Positions 38,130 through 47,404 of a DNA stretch of 64,000 nucleotides are shown here, piece by piece. Under the pieces are notes generated by a model, which was not told the origin of the DNA, did no database searches, and saw only the letters and a program-made list of their open reading frames with translations. This stretch comes from a virus. How positions within the stretch are numbered: the stretch's first letter is position 1; each line of letters begins with the position of its first letter. Location of the stretch: IMG/VR virus record IMGVR_UViG_3300022752_000035, positions 1-64,000 of that record. One strand, 5' to 3'. Made by a program: the position numbers and the translations under genes.

Positions 38130-38160
38130 CGTAAAATATTAAATATAGTATAAACGAATC

Positions 38161-38922
38161 ATGTACAATGTAATTCCATTATTTAAAAGTCATTTTTCAA
38201 TAGGTAAAAGTATTTTGACTTTAGAAGAAGGAAATTCAGAAGAAAACGAGCCAGATTCAATAGTCCAAATAGCAAAAGATAATAAATTAAAAAAAGTATT
38301 TTTAGTGGAAGATTGTTTTAGTGGTTTTCTTCAAGCTTTTAAAAATCTAAAAGCCAATAATATAGATCTTATATTTGGCATAAAATTTGTTTTCTGTGAA
38401 AATATAACCAATAAAAATGAAGAAGAACTAAAAAAACATCATAAATTAATAATATTTGCTAATGGCACAGAAGGTTATAAAACTTTAGTAAAGCTTTGGA
38501 CTAAAGCAAGTGTTGAAGGTTTTTATTATACTCCAAGGTTAGATATGAATATTTTAAAAGAACATTTCAATAACACTATAAAAATAGCAATTCCATTCTA
38601 TGATAATTTTATATTTAATAATAGTTTAAAAGGATATCAATGTGTTCCATTTATAGAAAATTACAAACCAACAGTATTTATTGAGGATAATTCTTTAGTG
38701 TTTGATTCAATTCTAAAACATAAAATGAACCAATTTGCAAATTTAAATAACTTAGATACGCTTCAAACTAAAAGCATTTATTATAAAAATAAAAAAGATT
38801 TTAAAAGCTTTCTTACGTTTAGATGTATCAATAATAGAACGACACTAAATAAACCAGAAATTGAGCATATGTCTAGCGATGAATTTTGCGTAGAAAGTTG
38901 GCAAGAACAAAACAAAAAATGA
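38161..38922 (+). CDS. Stand-alone PHP domain of DNA polymerase III alpha (DnaE N-terminal part)
   Basis: FKSHFSIGKS, LIFGIK, LIIFANGTEGYKTLVKLWTKASVEGFYYTPRLD match the DnaE PHP domain. Confidence 0.85.
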   Translation: MYNVIPLFKSHFSIGKSILTLEEGNSEENEPDSIVQIAKDNKLKKVFLVEDCFSGFLQAFKNLKANNIDLIFGIKFVFCENITNKNEEELKKHHKLIIFANGTEGYKTLVKLWTKASVEGFYYTPRLDMNILKEHFNNTIKIAIPFYDNFIFNNSLKGYQCVPFIENYKPTVFIEDNSLVFDSILKHKMNQFANLNNLDTLQTKSIYYKNKKDFKSFLTFRCINNRTTLNKPEIEHMSSDEFCVESWQEQNKK

Positions 38923-39437
38923 AAACAATACAAAAAATAGTTAATGAATATGGAAATAAAGTTCGTCAAAGGACCGATAATGAAGATAGAGGTCTTGGAT
39001 ATAGAAATATGCTTTATAAAGAAGATGGACTTTATGCAATTGATCTAGATTTAATCTGTTTAAGCTTTAAAAATGATATGCCAGAAGCAAAAGCAGTTTT
39101 AGAATTAACTAGAATAGATAATTATATTTTTGAACCATCACCAAATTATTTTGCAGCTATTCTTTCCAGATATTCAGAAAGAGATAGGCAAAAATATATT
39201 AGTGTTTGGGCTGGAAATAAATTAGGTGCAGATGTCTATATAGTAGCTTTTGCAGATAATTTAAAGTTCTTTCATATGTATAATCTTACAAAAGATAATA
39301 AAGTTTGGATAAAGCAAACTTTTATAGAACATTTAGAGTGGCATTATAATATAAGAGAAATGAAAATTCCTTATCATATATATGAAAAAAATAAAGATCA
39401 AGAAACTATACATGATCCTTTTGAGGATATAGGATAA
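38919..39437 (+). CDS. Hypothetical protein, possibly restriction-endonuclease-like fold (start likely 38919)
   Basis: AIDLDL...AVLELTR resembles D...ExK-type nuclease motifs. Confidence 0.45.
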   Translation: MKTIQKIVNEYGNKVRQRTDNEDRGLGYRNMLYKEDGLYAIDLDLICLSFKNDMPEAKAVLELTRIDNYIFEPSPNYFAAILSRYSERDRQKYISVWAGNKLGADVYIVAFADNLKFFHMYNLTKDNKVWIKQTFIEHLEWHYNIREMKIPYHIYEKNKDQETIHDPFEDIG

Positions 39438-39439
39438 TT

Positions 39440-40081
39440 ATGGACGAACATCTTTTAAGATTTGATAAAAGTAAGACTCTATTATTTATAGATTGTGAGA
39501 CTTTTAATCTATGTTTAAATTATTGTCATAATAGACCTTGGCAAGTAGCGATGATTAAATGCCAAGGCGATAAAATTATTGATTCTAAAGATGTTTATTT
39601 GAAATGGAATACTCATCTTAAAGTAAGCAAAGATGCAGCAAAAATCACAAGATATGATCCAAAAAATATAGAAAAGCATGGAATTTCACCAGAAACTTTT
39701 TTTCCTACTATGAAAGATTGGATAGAAAAAGCAGACTATATAGTAGGCCATAATATTCTAGGATTTGATCTTTATATATTGTCTGAATATTATAAATTTA
39801 TGGGATTAAAACCTTTTGATTTTATATCTAAATCTATAGATACAAATTTATTATATAAAGGAATTAAAACTTCAAATGCCTTTGATTCAAAAAAAGACAG
39901 TCTTCCAGAATATATGTATAAACTTTATCATACTAAAGTGAAAAATGTTAGGACTAATCTTACAGCTGCAGGAAAAGATTTGGATATACAACATGATTAT
40001 GATTCTTTACATAATGCTCTTTCAGATCTTGAATTAAATTTTAAAGTATGGAATAAAATTAAATATATGGTTAATATTTGA
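39440..40081 (+). CDS. DEDDh 3'-5' exonuclease (DnaQ-like)
   Basis: FIDCET, VGHNILGFD, SIDT, LHNALSD. Confidence 0.9.
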   Translation: MDEHLLRFDKSKTLLFIDCETFNLCLNYCHNRPWQVAMIKCQGDKIIDSKDVYLKWNTHLKVSKDAAKITRYDPKNIEKHGISPETFFPTMKDWIEKADYIVGHNILGFDLYILSEYYKFMGLKPFDFISKSIDTNLLYKGIKTSNAFDSKKDSLPEYMYKLYHTKVKNVRTNLTAAGKDLDIQHDYDSLHNALSDLELNFKVWNKIKYMVNI

Positions 40082-40116
40082 TTGCATTTTTATTAAACAA
40101 CACATATAATACTTTT

Positions 40117-40368
40117 ATGGCATCAATGGATTTTATATACGATATTTTGCAAAAATTTGAAAAAGAAAAGATTGATTATCTTTTGATTACTTTGCAGCAT
40201 GGAAAAACCACTAGTAAAGCTGATGTTTTTTATTCATTAGAAAATGAAGAGAAATCTTTTGCAGCCTTAAAAGAAGGTCTTTCTGAATTTCAACAGAACT
40301 TAGATAAGTCAGTAAATAAATATAAAAAGAGACGCAAGAAGAAAAATAGTGATGACGAAGACTTTTGA
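40117..40368 (+). CDS. Small hypothetical protein (start reassigned to ATG 40117)
   Basis: TTGCAT-N17-TATAAT (40082-40110) ends 6 nt before ATG 40117 (MASMDFIYD...). Confidence 0.6.
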   Translation: MASMDFIYDILQKFEKEKIDYLLITLQHGKTTSKADVFYSLENEEKSFAALKEGLSEFQQNLDKSVNKYKKRRKKKNSDDEDF

Positions 40369-42889
40369 TTTTGTTAATTCATTTAGTAAAATTGATTTAC
40401 CTTTATATGGAGTAAGACTGCCAGAATTTAAAGTCAAGACAGAACATAAAAGTAATCTAGGCTTATCAGAAGACGCATCAAATACAGAGTTTTTAAAAAA
40501 ATTAGCTTATTCTAACTTACCAACTGGTAAAGAATATAAGAAGAGATTAGACCATGAATTTGAAATCATAGAAGATTTGGGGTTTATTGATTATATAATT
40601 CTTGTTTGGCTAGTTATTAATTATTGTAAAGAAAATAAAATACCAACAGGATTAGGAAGAGGAAGTGCCGCTGGCAGTTTAATTTTATATCTTATTGGGG
40701 TTACAAAGATTGATCCTATTAAACATAATCTTTATTTTGAAAGATTTATATCTAAGATTAGAGCTAAAAAGCAAGTTGTTGATGGGGTAACATACTTAGA
40801 TGGTAGTTTAATGTGTGACGTAGATTTGGATATCTGCTATTATAATAGACATAAAGTTATAGATTTCTTGAATCAAATATTTCCTAATAGAATTAGTAAA
40901 ATTTTAACATTTAACACTTTGAGTGGAAAACTATTAATTAAAGAGTGCGGAAAAATAGTTGATGAAAAAAGTGAAACAGAAATGACAGGAGTCAGTTCTC
41001 TTATCCCAAAAATATTCGGACAAGTTAAAGATATTTCAGAAGCATATGAAGAAGTGGAAAAATTTAAAGAATGGTGCGATGAAAATTCAGAAATATATAG
41101 CATAGCCTTAAAACTTCGTAATCTTATTAAAAATAAAGGAGTACATCCTTCTGGTGTTCAAATTTCCCATAGTCCATTATCAGAAACTTGCCCATTAGAA
41201 TTATCTTCTGATAAAGAATCAGTTAGTGCATTTGATATGAATGATATAAGTCAATTTAATGTCAAATTAGATTTGCTAGGATTAAGAAGCGTTTCAGTAG
41301 TTTATGATGTATGTAGTATGATTAATAAAAATATTGAAGATATAGATATTGAAGATAATTTTATATATCAGCAATTACAAGACCTTAGAAGTCCTCATGG
41401 TTTATTCCAGATCGAAGCAGATACTAATTTTAAAGTATGCAGAAAAGTTAGACCTAGAAATTCAGAAGAATTAAGTGCTGTATTAGCACTTGCTAGACCT
41501 GGAGCTTTGCAGTTTGTAGATCAATATGCTAAATATGTTGAAACAGGAGAGTTTCAATCTATTCATCCATTTTTTGATGATATTTTGAAAAGAACTGGTG
41601 GAGTAGCACTTTATCAAGAGCAATTGATGCAAATGGCTCATAAGATTGGATTCACACTAGATGAAGCAGAAATTCTTAGAAGAATTGTAGGAAAGAAAAA
41701 GGTTGAAGAAATTAAAGCGTGGAAAGAAAAGATTGAAAAGAAATGCGCAAAGAATAATTTACCAAAAGAAGTAGGAGAGGTTTTGTGGAAAATTTTAGAA
41801 GATTCTGCCAACTATTCATTTAACGCAAGCCATAGTCAAAGTTATGCAGCTTTGGCAGCAATTACAATCTATCTTAAATTTAAATATCCTAAAGAGTTCT
41901 TCTTGTCTTTATTAAAGATGACAAGATTTGAACCAGATCCAATTAATGAAATTTCTAAAATACATAAAGAAATGGATTTATTTAATATCAAGTTATTGCC
42001 ACCTCATATCGTAAAATCTGAAATGGATTTCAGCGTAGAAGAGAAAGATATTAGATTTGGATTATTATCAATTAAAGGTATTTCTGATAAATCAATAGAA
42101 AGACTAAATAATTTTAGGAATAAATATGCTACAAAATTTGATGTATTTAAATCTGCTCAACAAGCTAAATTATCTATTAGAGTTTTATCACCTTTGATTC
42201 AAGCTGGAGCATTGGAAAATTTTAAACAATCAAGAAGCAAAGTCGTGTTGGAAGCCCAATTATGGAATATACTTAATCAAAATGAACAAAAATATGCTAT
42301 GACATATGGCGAAAAGTTTGATTATGATTTATTCAAAATAATTAAATTTTTAAATACTACAAAAGATGAAAAAGGTAAATTTATTATTAAAGAAAGTAGA
42401 TTAGACACAATAAGAAAAGCTTATGCTCCATATAAAAAGATTTATGAACAAAATAGTAAAAATGAAAGATTTGCGAATTGGTATTATGAGAATAAATTGC
42501 TGGGTTATACATATAATACAACATTAAAAGATATTTTCTCAGATCAAAAACCAGATCTCCTTAATATAAGAGAAGTAAATGAGGCTCCAGAAGGTTTACC
42601 TGTATTATTTATTGGTGTTATAAAAGATCAATATCTTGGAATAGCTAATAATAGTAAAAAGACTAGATATTTAAGACTTAATGTGCAAGATGAAACATCC
42701 ACAATTAATGCTCTTATATTTAATGATAAGATAGAAGAATGCAAAGAGATGAATAATCATTTACCTGATGAAAATAATATAGTTATAATAAGAGGTAGAA
42801 AAAAGAGCGAAGATTCTGTCTTTGCAGATTTAATAGCTGTTCAAGACCATAAGATATTTATGAAACTTGGAGAAATTAAAGAAAAATAA
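40349..42889 (+). CDS. dnaE: DNA polymerase III alpha catalytic subunit lacking the PHP domain
   Basis: RLDHEF...GFIDY, GLGRGSAAGSL, LYFERF, CDVDLD, HPSG, KLDLLGL, YQEQLM, YSFNASHS, RFGLLSIKGI, OB-fold C-terminus. Confidence 0.95.
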   Translation: MMTKTFDFVNSFSKIDLPLYGVRLPEFKVKTEHKSNLGLSEDASNTEFLKKLAYSNLPTGKEYKKRLDHEFEIIEDLGFIDYIILVWLVINYCKENKIPTGLGRGSAAGSLILYLIGVTKIDPIKHNLYFERFISKIRAKKQVVDGVTYLDGSLMCDVDLDICYYNRHKVIDFLNQIFPNRISKILTFNTLSGKLLIKECGKIVDEKSETEMTGVSSLIPKIFGQVKDISEAYEEVEKFKEWCDENSEIYSIALKLRNLIKNKGVHPSGVQISHSPLSETCPLELSSDKESVSAFDMNDISQFNVKLDLLGLRSVSVVYDVCSMINKNIEDIDIEDNFIYQQLQDLRSPHGLFQIEADTNFKVCRKVRPRNSEELSAVLALARPGALQFVDQYAKYVETGEFQSIHPFFDDILKRTGGVALYQEQLMQMAHKIGFTLDEAEILRRIVGKKKVEEIKAWKEKIEKKCAKNNLPKEVGEVLWKILEDSANYSFNASHSQSYAALAAITIYLKFKYPKEFFLSLLKMTRFEPDPINEISKIHKEMDLFNIKLLPPHIVKSEMDFSVEEKDIRFGLLSIKGISDKSIERLNNFRNKYATKFDVFKSAQQAKLSIRVLSPLIQAGALENFKQSRSKVVLEAQLWNILNQNEQKYAMTYGEKFDYDLFKIIKFLNTTKDEKGKFIIKESRLDTIRKAYAPYKKIYEQNSKNERFANWYYENKLLGYTYNTTLKDIFSDQKPDLLNIREVNEAPEGLPVLFIGVIKDQYLGIANNSKKTRYLRLNVQDETSTINALIFNDKIEECKEMNNHLPDENNIVIIRGRKKSEDSVFADLIAVQDHKIFMKLGEIKEK

Positions 42890-42926
42890 CTTGATTTATT
42901 AATTAAGTAATGATAATATATAATAT

Positions 42927-43511
42927 ATGATACAAATTTATAAACCCACACCTCGCAATACTGGCACAGCTTGTAGCTTTTCTTTTAATAATCTTGATGG
43001 TAATTTTTATTTAAATTTAATTAAACAAGCCTCTTGGAATGATCAAAAAAAGATAGGTAGTTTTTCGGAAAACGCTCAAAATCCAGAGAAAAAAGTGGTC
43101 GTTAAATTATCTAAAATAGAGGTTTGTGGTATTTTGGATGCACTAGATCATAATAGAAACGCAGATTTTTTTCATAATTCAGAAAACCAAAAGCTAGGAA
43201 TTAAGTTCTCTCCATATATTAGAGAAGAAAAGCAAATTGGTTTTAGTTTGAATGTAATCAAAAACTCAAAAATGCAAACTGCACAACCAGCGGTTAGTTT
43301 TCTTATTGGTTTTACTTTTGCAGAAGCTAGGCTAATTGCAGAATATATCAAGTTCGGATTAGGTCATATTTTCTCAACAGAGAGAAGCGAAGAGATTAAA
43401 AAATTAAAAAACGCTAAAAGCAAAGCTATAGAAAATAAAAAACAAAAAGACGAAGTTGAAGATACAATAGAAGAAGGTAATTTATCTGAACAAGAAGACG
43501 ATCTTTGGTAA
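42927..43511 (+). CDS. Putative ssDNA-binding protein with Whirly-like pattern and acidic tail
   Basis: IQIYK, KVVVKLSKIE, DFFH, GFSLNV, IGFTFAE; ends EDTIEEGNLSEQEDDLW; follows dnaE. Confidence 0.6.
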   Translation: MIQIYKPTPRNTGTACSFSFNNLDGNFYLNLIKQASWNDQKKIGSFSENAQNPEKKVVVKLSKIEVCGILDALDHNRNADFFHNSENQKLGIKFSPYIREEKQIGFSLNVIKNSKMQTAQPAVSFLIGFTFAEARLIAEYIKFGLGHIFSTERSEEIKKLKNAKSKAIENKKQKDEVEDTIEEGNLSEQEDDLW

Positions 43512-43516
43512 AAATA

Positions 43517-45436
43517 ATGCGTAAGAAGATCGTTTTTCAATCTGACTTCGCTTTGGCTAAGACAGGCTTTGGTAGAAATTCTAAAGCTATACTTAAATAT
43601 TTATATAAAACTGGTAAATATGATATTGTACATTATTGTTGTGGTATGCAGAAAGGCAATAATCAATTAGATAGAACTCCTTGGAAAAGTTGCGGTTCAT
43701 TACCAAATACTCAAAAAGAAGTAGAAAAATTAAATAAAGATCCTCATTTGGCTAGAATGGCAAGTTATGGGGCTTATCTTTTAGACGAAGTTATTAAAGA
43801 AGAAAAGCCAGACGTTTATATTGCTGTCCAAGATATTTGGGGAGTAGATTTTGCGATAGATAAGCCTTGGTTTAATAAAATTAATTCTGTTATTTGGACA
43901 ACTCTTGATTCTTTGCCAATTTTAGATTCAGCAGTTAAATGCGCTCCAAAAGTTAAAAATTATTGGATATGGAGCGATTTTGCAACACAAGCTCTTCACA
44001 AATTAGGTCACAAACATGTACAAACTGTTCACGGAGCATTAGATACGCAAAATTTCTATAGATTATCAGATGAAGAAAAGGATAATTTACGAACAAAGTT
44101 TAATATAGAAAAAGATAAATTCTTAGTTGGTTTCGTATTTAGAAATCAATTACGCAAAAGCGTTCCAAATTTGCTCGAAGGATATTCAATCTGGAAAAAA
44201 GAAAATAACATAAAAAATGCTGGCTTACTTTTACATACTCATTTTAGCGAAGGTTGGAATATCATGAAGCTCGCTGAAGAATATGGAATAGACAAAAAAG
44301 AAATATATACAACATATATATGCAAATCTTGTGGAAATTATGAAGTCAAAAATTTTACAGGTCAAGATATAGATTGTAATTTTTGTAATAATAAAAAATC
44401 ACAAACTACCACTAACGTATCAATAGGAGTAACAGAAGAACAGCTGAATGAGGTATATAACTTAATGGATGTATATTGTCATCCATTTACGAGCGGAGGT
44501 CAAGAGATCCCAATTCAAGAAGCTAAACTTACAGAATTAATTACTTTAGTTACTAATTATAGTTGCGGAGAAGAAATGTGCAAAGATGAAGCTGCAAGTT
44601 TTGCGTTAGAATGGGCAGAGTATAGAGAACATGGAACAGAGTTTATAAAAGCTTCTACATATCCAAAATCTATAGCAGAAAATTTAAATAAAGTATATAA
44701 AATGTCAAAAGAAGATAGAGTAAAGTATGGCAAAAAAGCTAGACGATGGACAATAGATAATTATTCTGTAGAGATAATAGGTAAAAAAATAGAAGAATTT
44801 ATAGATTCTTGCTCTTTCATTGATAAAGCTTTCTCTTTCAAGATAGAAGAAAAAGATCCATACCATTCTGTCCCTGAGATTAAAGATGATGGAGCGTGGG
44901 TAAAATATTTATACGAAAATATTTTAAAAACTAAAAATATTCCATCAGAAGATGAAGGTTATAAATATTGGATGGCAGAATTACAAAAGGGAACAAAAAG
45001 AATTGATATAGAAAATTATTTTCGTCAAGTAGCATTACAAGATAATAATAAAAATAAACAAATTTCTTTTGAAGATCTTCTAGATAAAGATGATGCTGGC
45101 AAAAGAATATTATATGTTATGCCAGAAAGTATTGGAGATGTATTTTTATCTACAAGTTTATTTAGATCTATTAAAGATCAATATCCAAACCATAATCTTT
45201 ATGTCGCTACAAAATCAGATTATTTCGATGTTTTAGAAGCCAATCCATATATACATAAAGTTATAGAATATATATCTCAAATGGATAGTCTTCCTTGGCT
45301 GGAGGGAATCAGTACTCATAAAGGTTACTTTGATATTGCATTTTTACCTTATGCTCAAACTCAAAGATTCTTAACATATTTACATAATGGTAAAACAAAT
45401 ATAGCTTATAAGGATTATAAATATGCATCTAGTTGA
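43517..45436 (+). CDS. GT4-like glycosyltransferase with Zn-ribbon insert, fused to a GT9-type N-terminal domain
   Basis: TGFGRN, RNQLRKS, YNLMDVYCHPFTSGGQEIPIQEA; CKSC...CNFC; MPESIGDVFLSTSLFRSIKDQYP. Confidence 0.8.
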   Translation: MRKKIVFQSDFALAKTGFGRNSKAILKYLYKTGKYDIVHYCCGMQKGNNQLDRTPWKSCGSLPNTQKEVEKLNKDPHLARMASYGAYLLDEVIKEEKPDVYIAVQDIWGVDFAIDKPWFNKINSVIWTTLDSLPILDSAVKCAPKVKNYWIWSDFATQALHKLGHKHVQTVHGALDTQNFYRLSDEEKDNLRTKFNIEKDKFLVGFVFRNQLRKSVPNLLEGYSIWKKENNIKNAGLLLHTHFSEGWNIMKLAEEYGIDKKEIYTTYICKSCGNYEVKNFTGQDIDCNFCNNKKSQTTTNVSIGVTEEQLNEVYNLMDVYCHPFTSGGQEIPIQEAKLTELITLVTNYSCGEEMCKDEAASFALEWAEYREHGTEFIKASTYPKSIAENLNKVYKMSKEDRVKYGKKARRWTIDNYSVEIIGKKIEEFIDSCSFIDKAFSFKIEEKDPYHSVPEIKDDGAWVKYLYENILKTKNIPSEDEGYKYWMAELQKGTKRIDIENYFRQVALQDNNKNKQISFEDLLDKDDAGKRILYVMPESIGDVFLSTSLFRSIKDQYPNHNLYVATKSDYFDVLEANPYIHKVIEYISQMDSLPWLEGISTHKGYFDIAFLPYAQTQRFLTYLHNGKTNIAYKDYKYASS

Positions 45437-46601
45437 AACATATGCTCTTAATTGCGGCTTAAAAATTGATAAGCCATTTATATATGAAAAATATTGTCCA
45501 ATTCCATTTGATAAATATATATCATTCCAACCATGCAGTAAATATACATCAAAAAGTTATGATTATTGGCAAGAAGTTATTAATCAAATTTTACCACAAC
45601 TTAATGAAAAAAATATTCACATTATTCAAATAGGTGGTAAAGATGAAAAACCAATAGAAAATTGTTATCATCTTCAAGGAAAAACAAATATTAATCAAGC
45701 GGCTTATATTATAAAAAGAGGATTGTTGCATTTTGGTGCCGATAGTTTTGGAGTCCATGTAGCAAGTTATTATGATAAACCAATTGTTGCATTATATTCT
45801 AATAGTAGACCAGAAAATGCTGGTCCATATTTTAGCTCTAAAGATAACATTAAAATTTTGGAGATAGACAAAAAAAATAGAAAGCCAAGTTATTCAGCCG
45901 AAGAATCTCCAAAAACTATTAATGAAATCGATCCAATAGATATAGCAAATGCAGTTTTAAGATTTTTAGATTTAAATAAAATTAATATAAAAACAGTTCA
46001 TTTGGGTGATGATTACAATAGAAAACTAATTGAATCTGTACCTAATGCAATTATAGCAGATATATCGAAATTAGGAGTTAATTCTTTGATCATGAGAATG
46101 GATTATGAATTTAATGAAGAAGTTCTAGAAGAGCAATTAAAAAGAAATAATTGCTCAATTGTAACATCTAAACTAATTAAATATGATATATTAAATAAAT
46201 ATAAAGATAATATTTCTCAAATTATTTATAATATAGATGAAAATCATGATGTTGATTTTGTAAAAAACCTCAAGAAATTAGGCAAACCATTTGTAACTTC
46301 TAGCTTCTTATCTGAAGATTTTATAGAATCAATCAAATTAGAATATATGGATTTCTGTCAAATTTTAAAGTTAAATAAAACTACAAAAAAAGACGTTAAG
46401 AATTTAAAAGAAAATATTAATAATTTATATTATAAATGTAATAAAATTACAATTAGTCAAGGTAAAATATATAATTCTAAAGCAGCTTATTTAAATAATA
46501 TTGAATTTCAACATAAACCTATAAAAATTATAGATATACCAGAATTTTGGGAAGAAGCTAAATACTTCTATCTTTTCGAGTTGACAAAAGATCAAATTTA
46601 A
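45423..46601 (+). CDS. GT9-type C-terminal-domain protein
   Basis: HLVETYA, KSYDYWQEVI, IIQIGG, GADSFGVHVA, PIVALY. Confidence 0.75.
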   Translation: MHLVETYALNCGLKIDKPFIYEKYCPIPFDKYISFQPCSKYTSKSYDYWQEVINQILPQLNEKNIHIIQIGGKDEKPIENCYHLQGKTNINQAAYIIKRGLLHFGADSFGVHVASYYDKPIVALYSNSRPENAGPYFSSKDNIKILEIDKKNRKPSYSAEESPKTINEIDPIDIANAVLRFLDLNKINIKTVHLGDDYNRKLIESVPNAIIADISKLGVNSLIMRMDYEFNEEVLEEQLKRNNCSIVTSKLIKYDILNKYKDNISQIIYNIDENHDVDFVKNLKKLGKPFVTSSFLSEDFIESIKLEYMDFCQILKLNKTTKKDVKNLKENINNLYYKCNKITISQGKIYNSKAAYLNNIEFQHKPIKIIDIPEFWEEAKYFYLFELTKDQI

Positions 46602-46615
46602 AGTATGATTCACTA

Positions 46616-47404
46616 ATGGAAGAATCAATTTCAATTAATAGTTCAGAACTTAATAAAATTACTTCAATCACAGATAATAGCCTTATGAATGAATCAAAAG
46701 TCGTACCACCAAAGCTCTTTATAAGAAATAATTATGGTTTATTAGAAAATGATAATATTAATTATGTATTTAATGATGATGGATCTATTAATTGGAGAGC
46801 TATGGTTAAAAGTCAATATCTTGTACCTAATCGTCAAAGGACACAAGAAACAGATGTATCTAAATTAGAAGATAAAGATTTGCTTATTCTTCTTGGCGGT
46901 ATTAAAGAGCTCGCTCAAATCAGAGGTTTTACAAGCGTTGAATATAATGTAGTTACAGCAACAGATAATTATTTTGCTACATCTTGTAGAATTACTTGGA
47001 TTCCAAATTACGAAACAGAAAATCGCCCAGTTGTATTTGAAGCGCTTGCAGATGCTTCTCTAGTCAATACTAAAGATTTTGCTCGTTATTTTTTAGCAGC
47101 GATTGCAGAGAATAGAGCTTTTGTTCGTTGTGTACGTAATTTCCTAAAAATTAACATTGTATCACAAGAAGAGCTAGGTGATGCAAAGTTGGGTCTTGTA
47201 GCCAAAGAAGATGCTGAAAAAGAAAATCCAATGAATCCCACTGTTTTATTGGAGAGAATTATGCAAGAAAAAAATATTTCTTTTGAAATTCTAAAGAAAA
47301 AACTTATTAAAGAAAAATTTGATGGTGCAGATAGTTTCAATTCAATAAAAGATGTTCCAAAAAGTAAAGTTTTTGAATTGATAGAGAGACTTAAAAAAAT
47401 CTAA
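46616..47404 (+). CDS. Putative single-strand annealing protein (Rad52/RecT-like fold)
   Basis: ILLGGIKELA, AIAENRAFVRCVRNFLKINIVSQEELG; promoter TTGACA-N17-TATGAT ends 6 nt before the ATG. Confidence 0.55.
   Translation: MEESISINSSELNKITSITDNSLMNESKVVPPKLFIRNNYGLLENDNINYVFNDDGSINWRAMVKSQYLVPNRQRTQETDVSKLEDKDLLILLGGIKELAQIRGFTSVEYNVVTATDNYFATSCRITWIPNYETENRPVVFEALADASLVNTKDFARYFLAAIAENRAFVRCVRNFLKINIVSQEELGDAKLGLVAKEDAEKENPMNPTVLLERIMQEKNISFEILKKKLIKEKFDGADSFNSIKDVPKSKVFELIERLKKI

Noticed and set aside
38161-42889. Split-intein trans-splicing of DnaE as in cyanobacteria
   Set aside because: No intein N-terminal block at the end of the PHP gene and no HN-C/S/T at the start of the catalytic gene.
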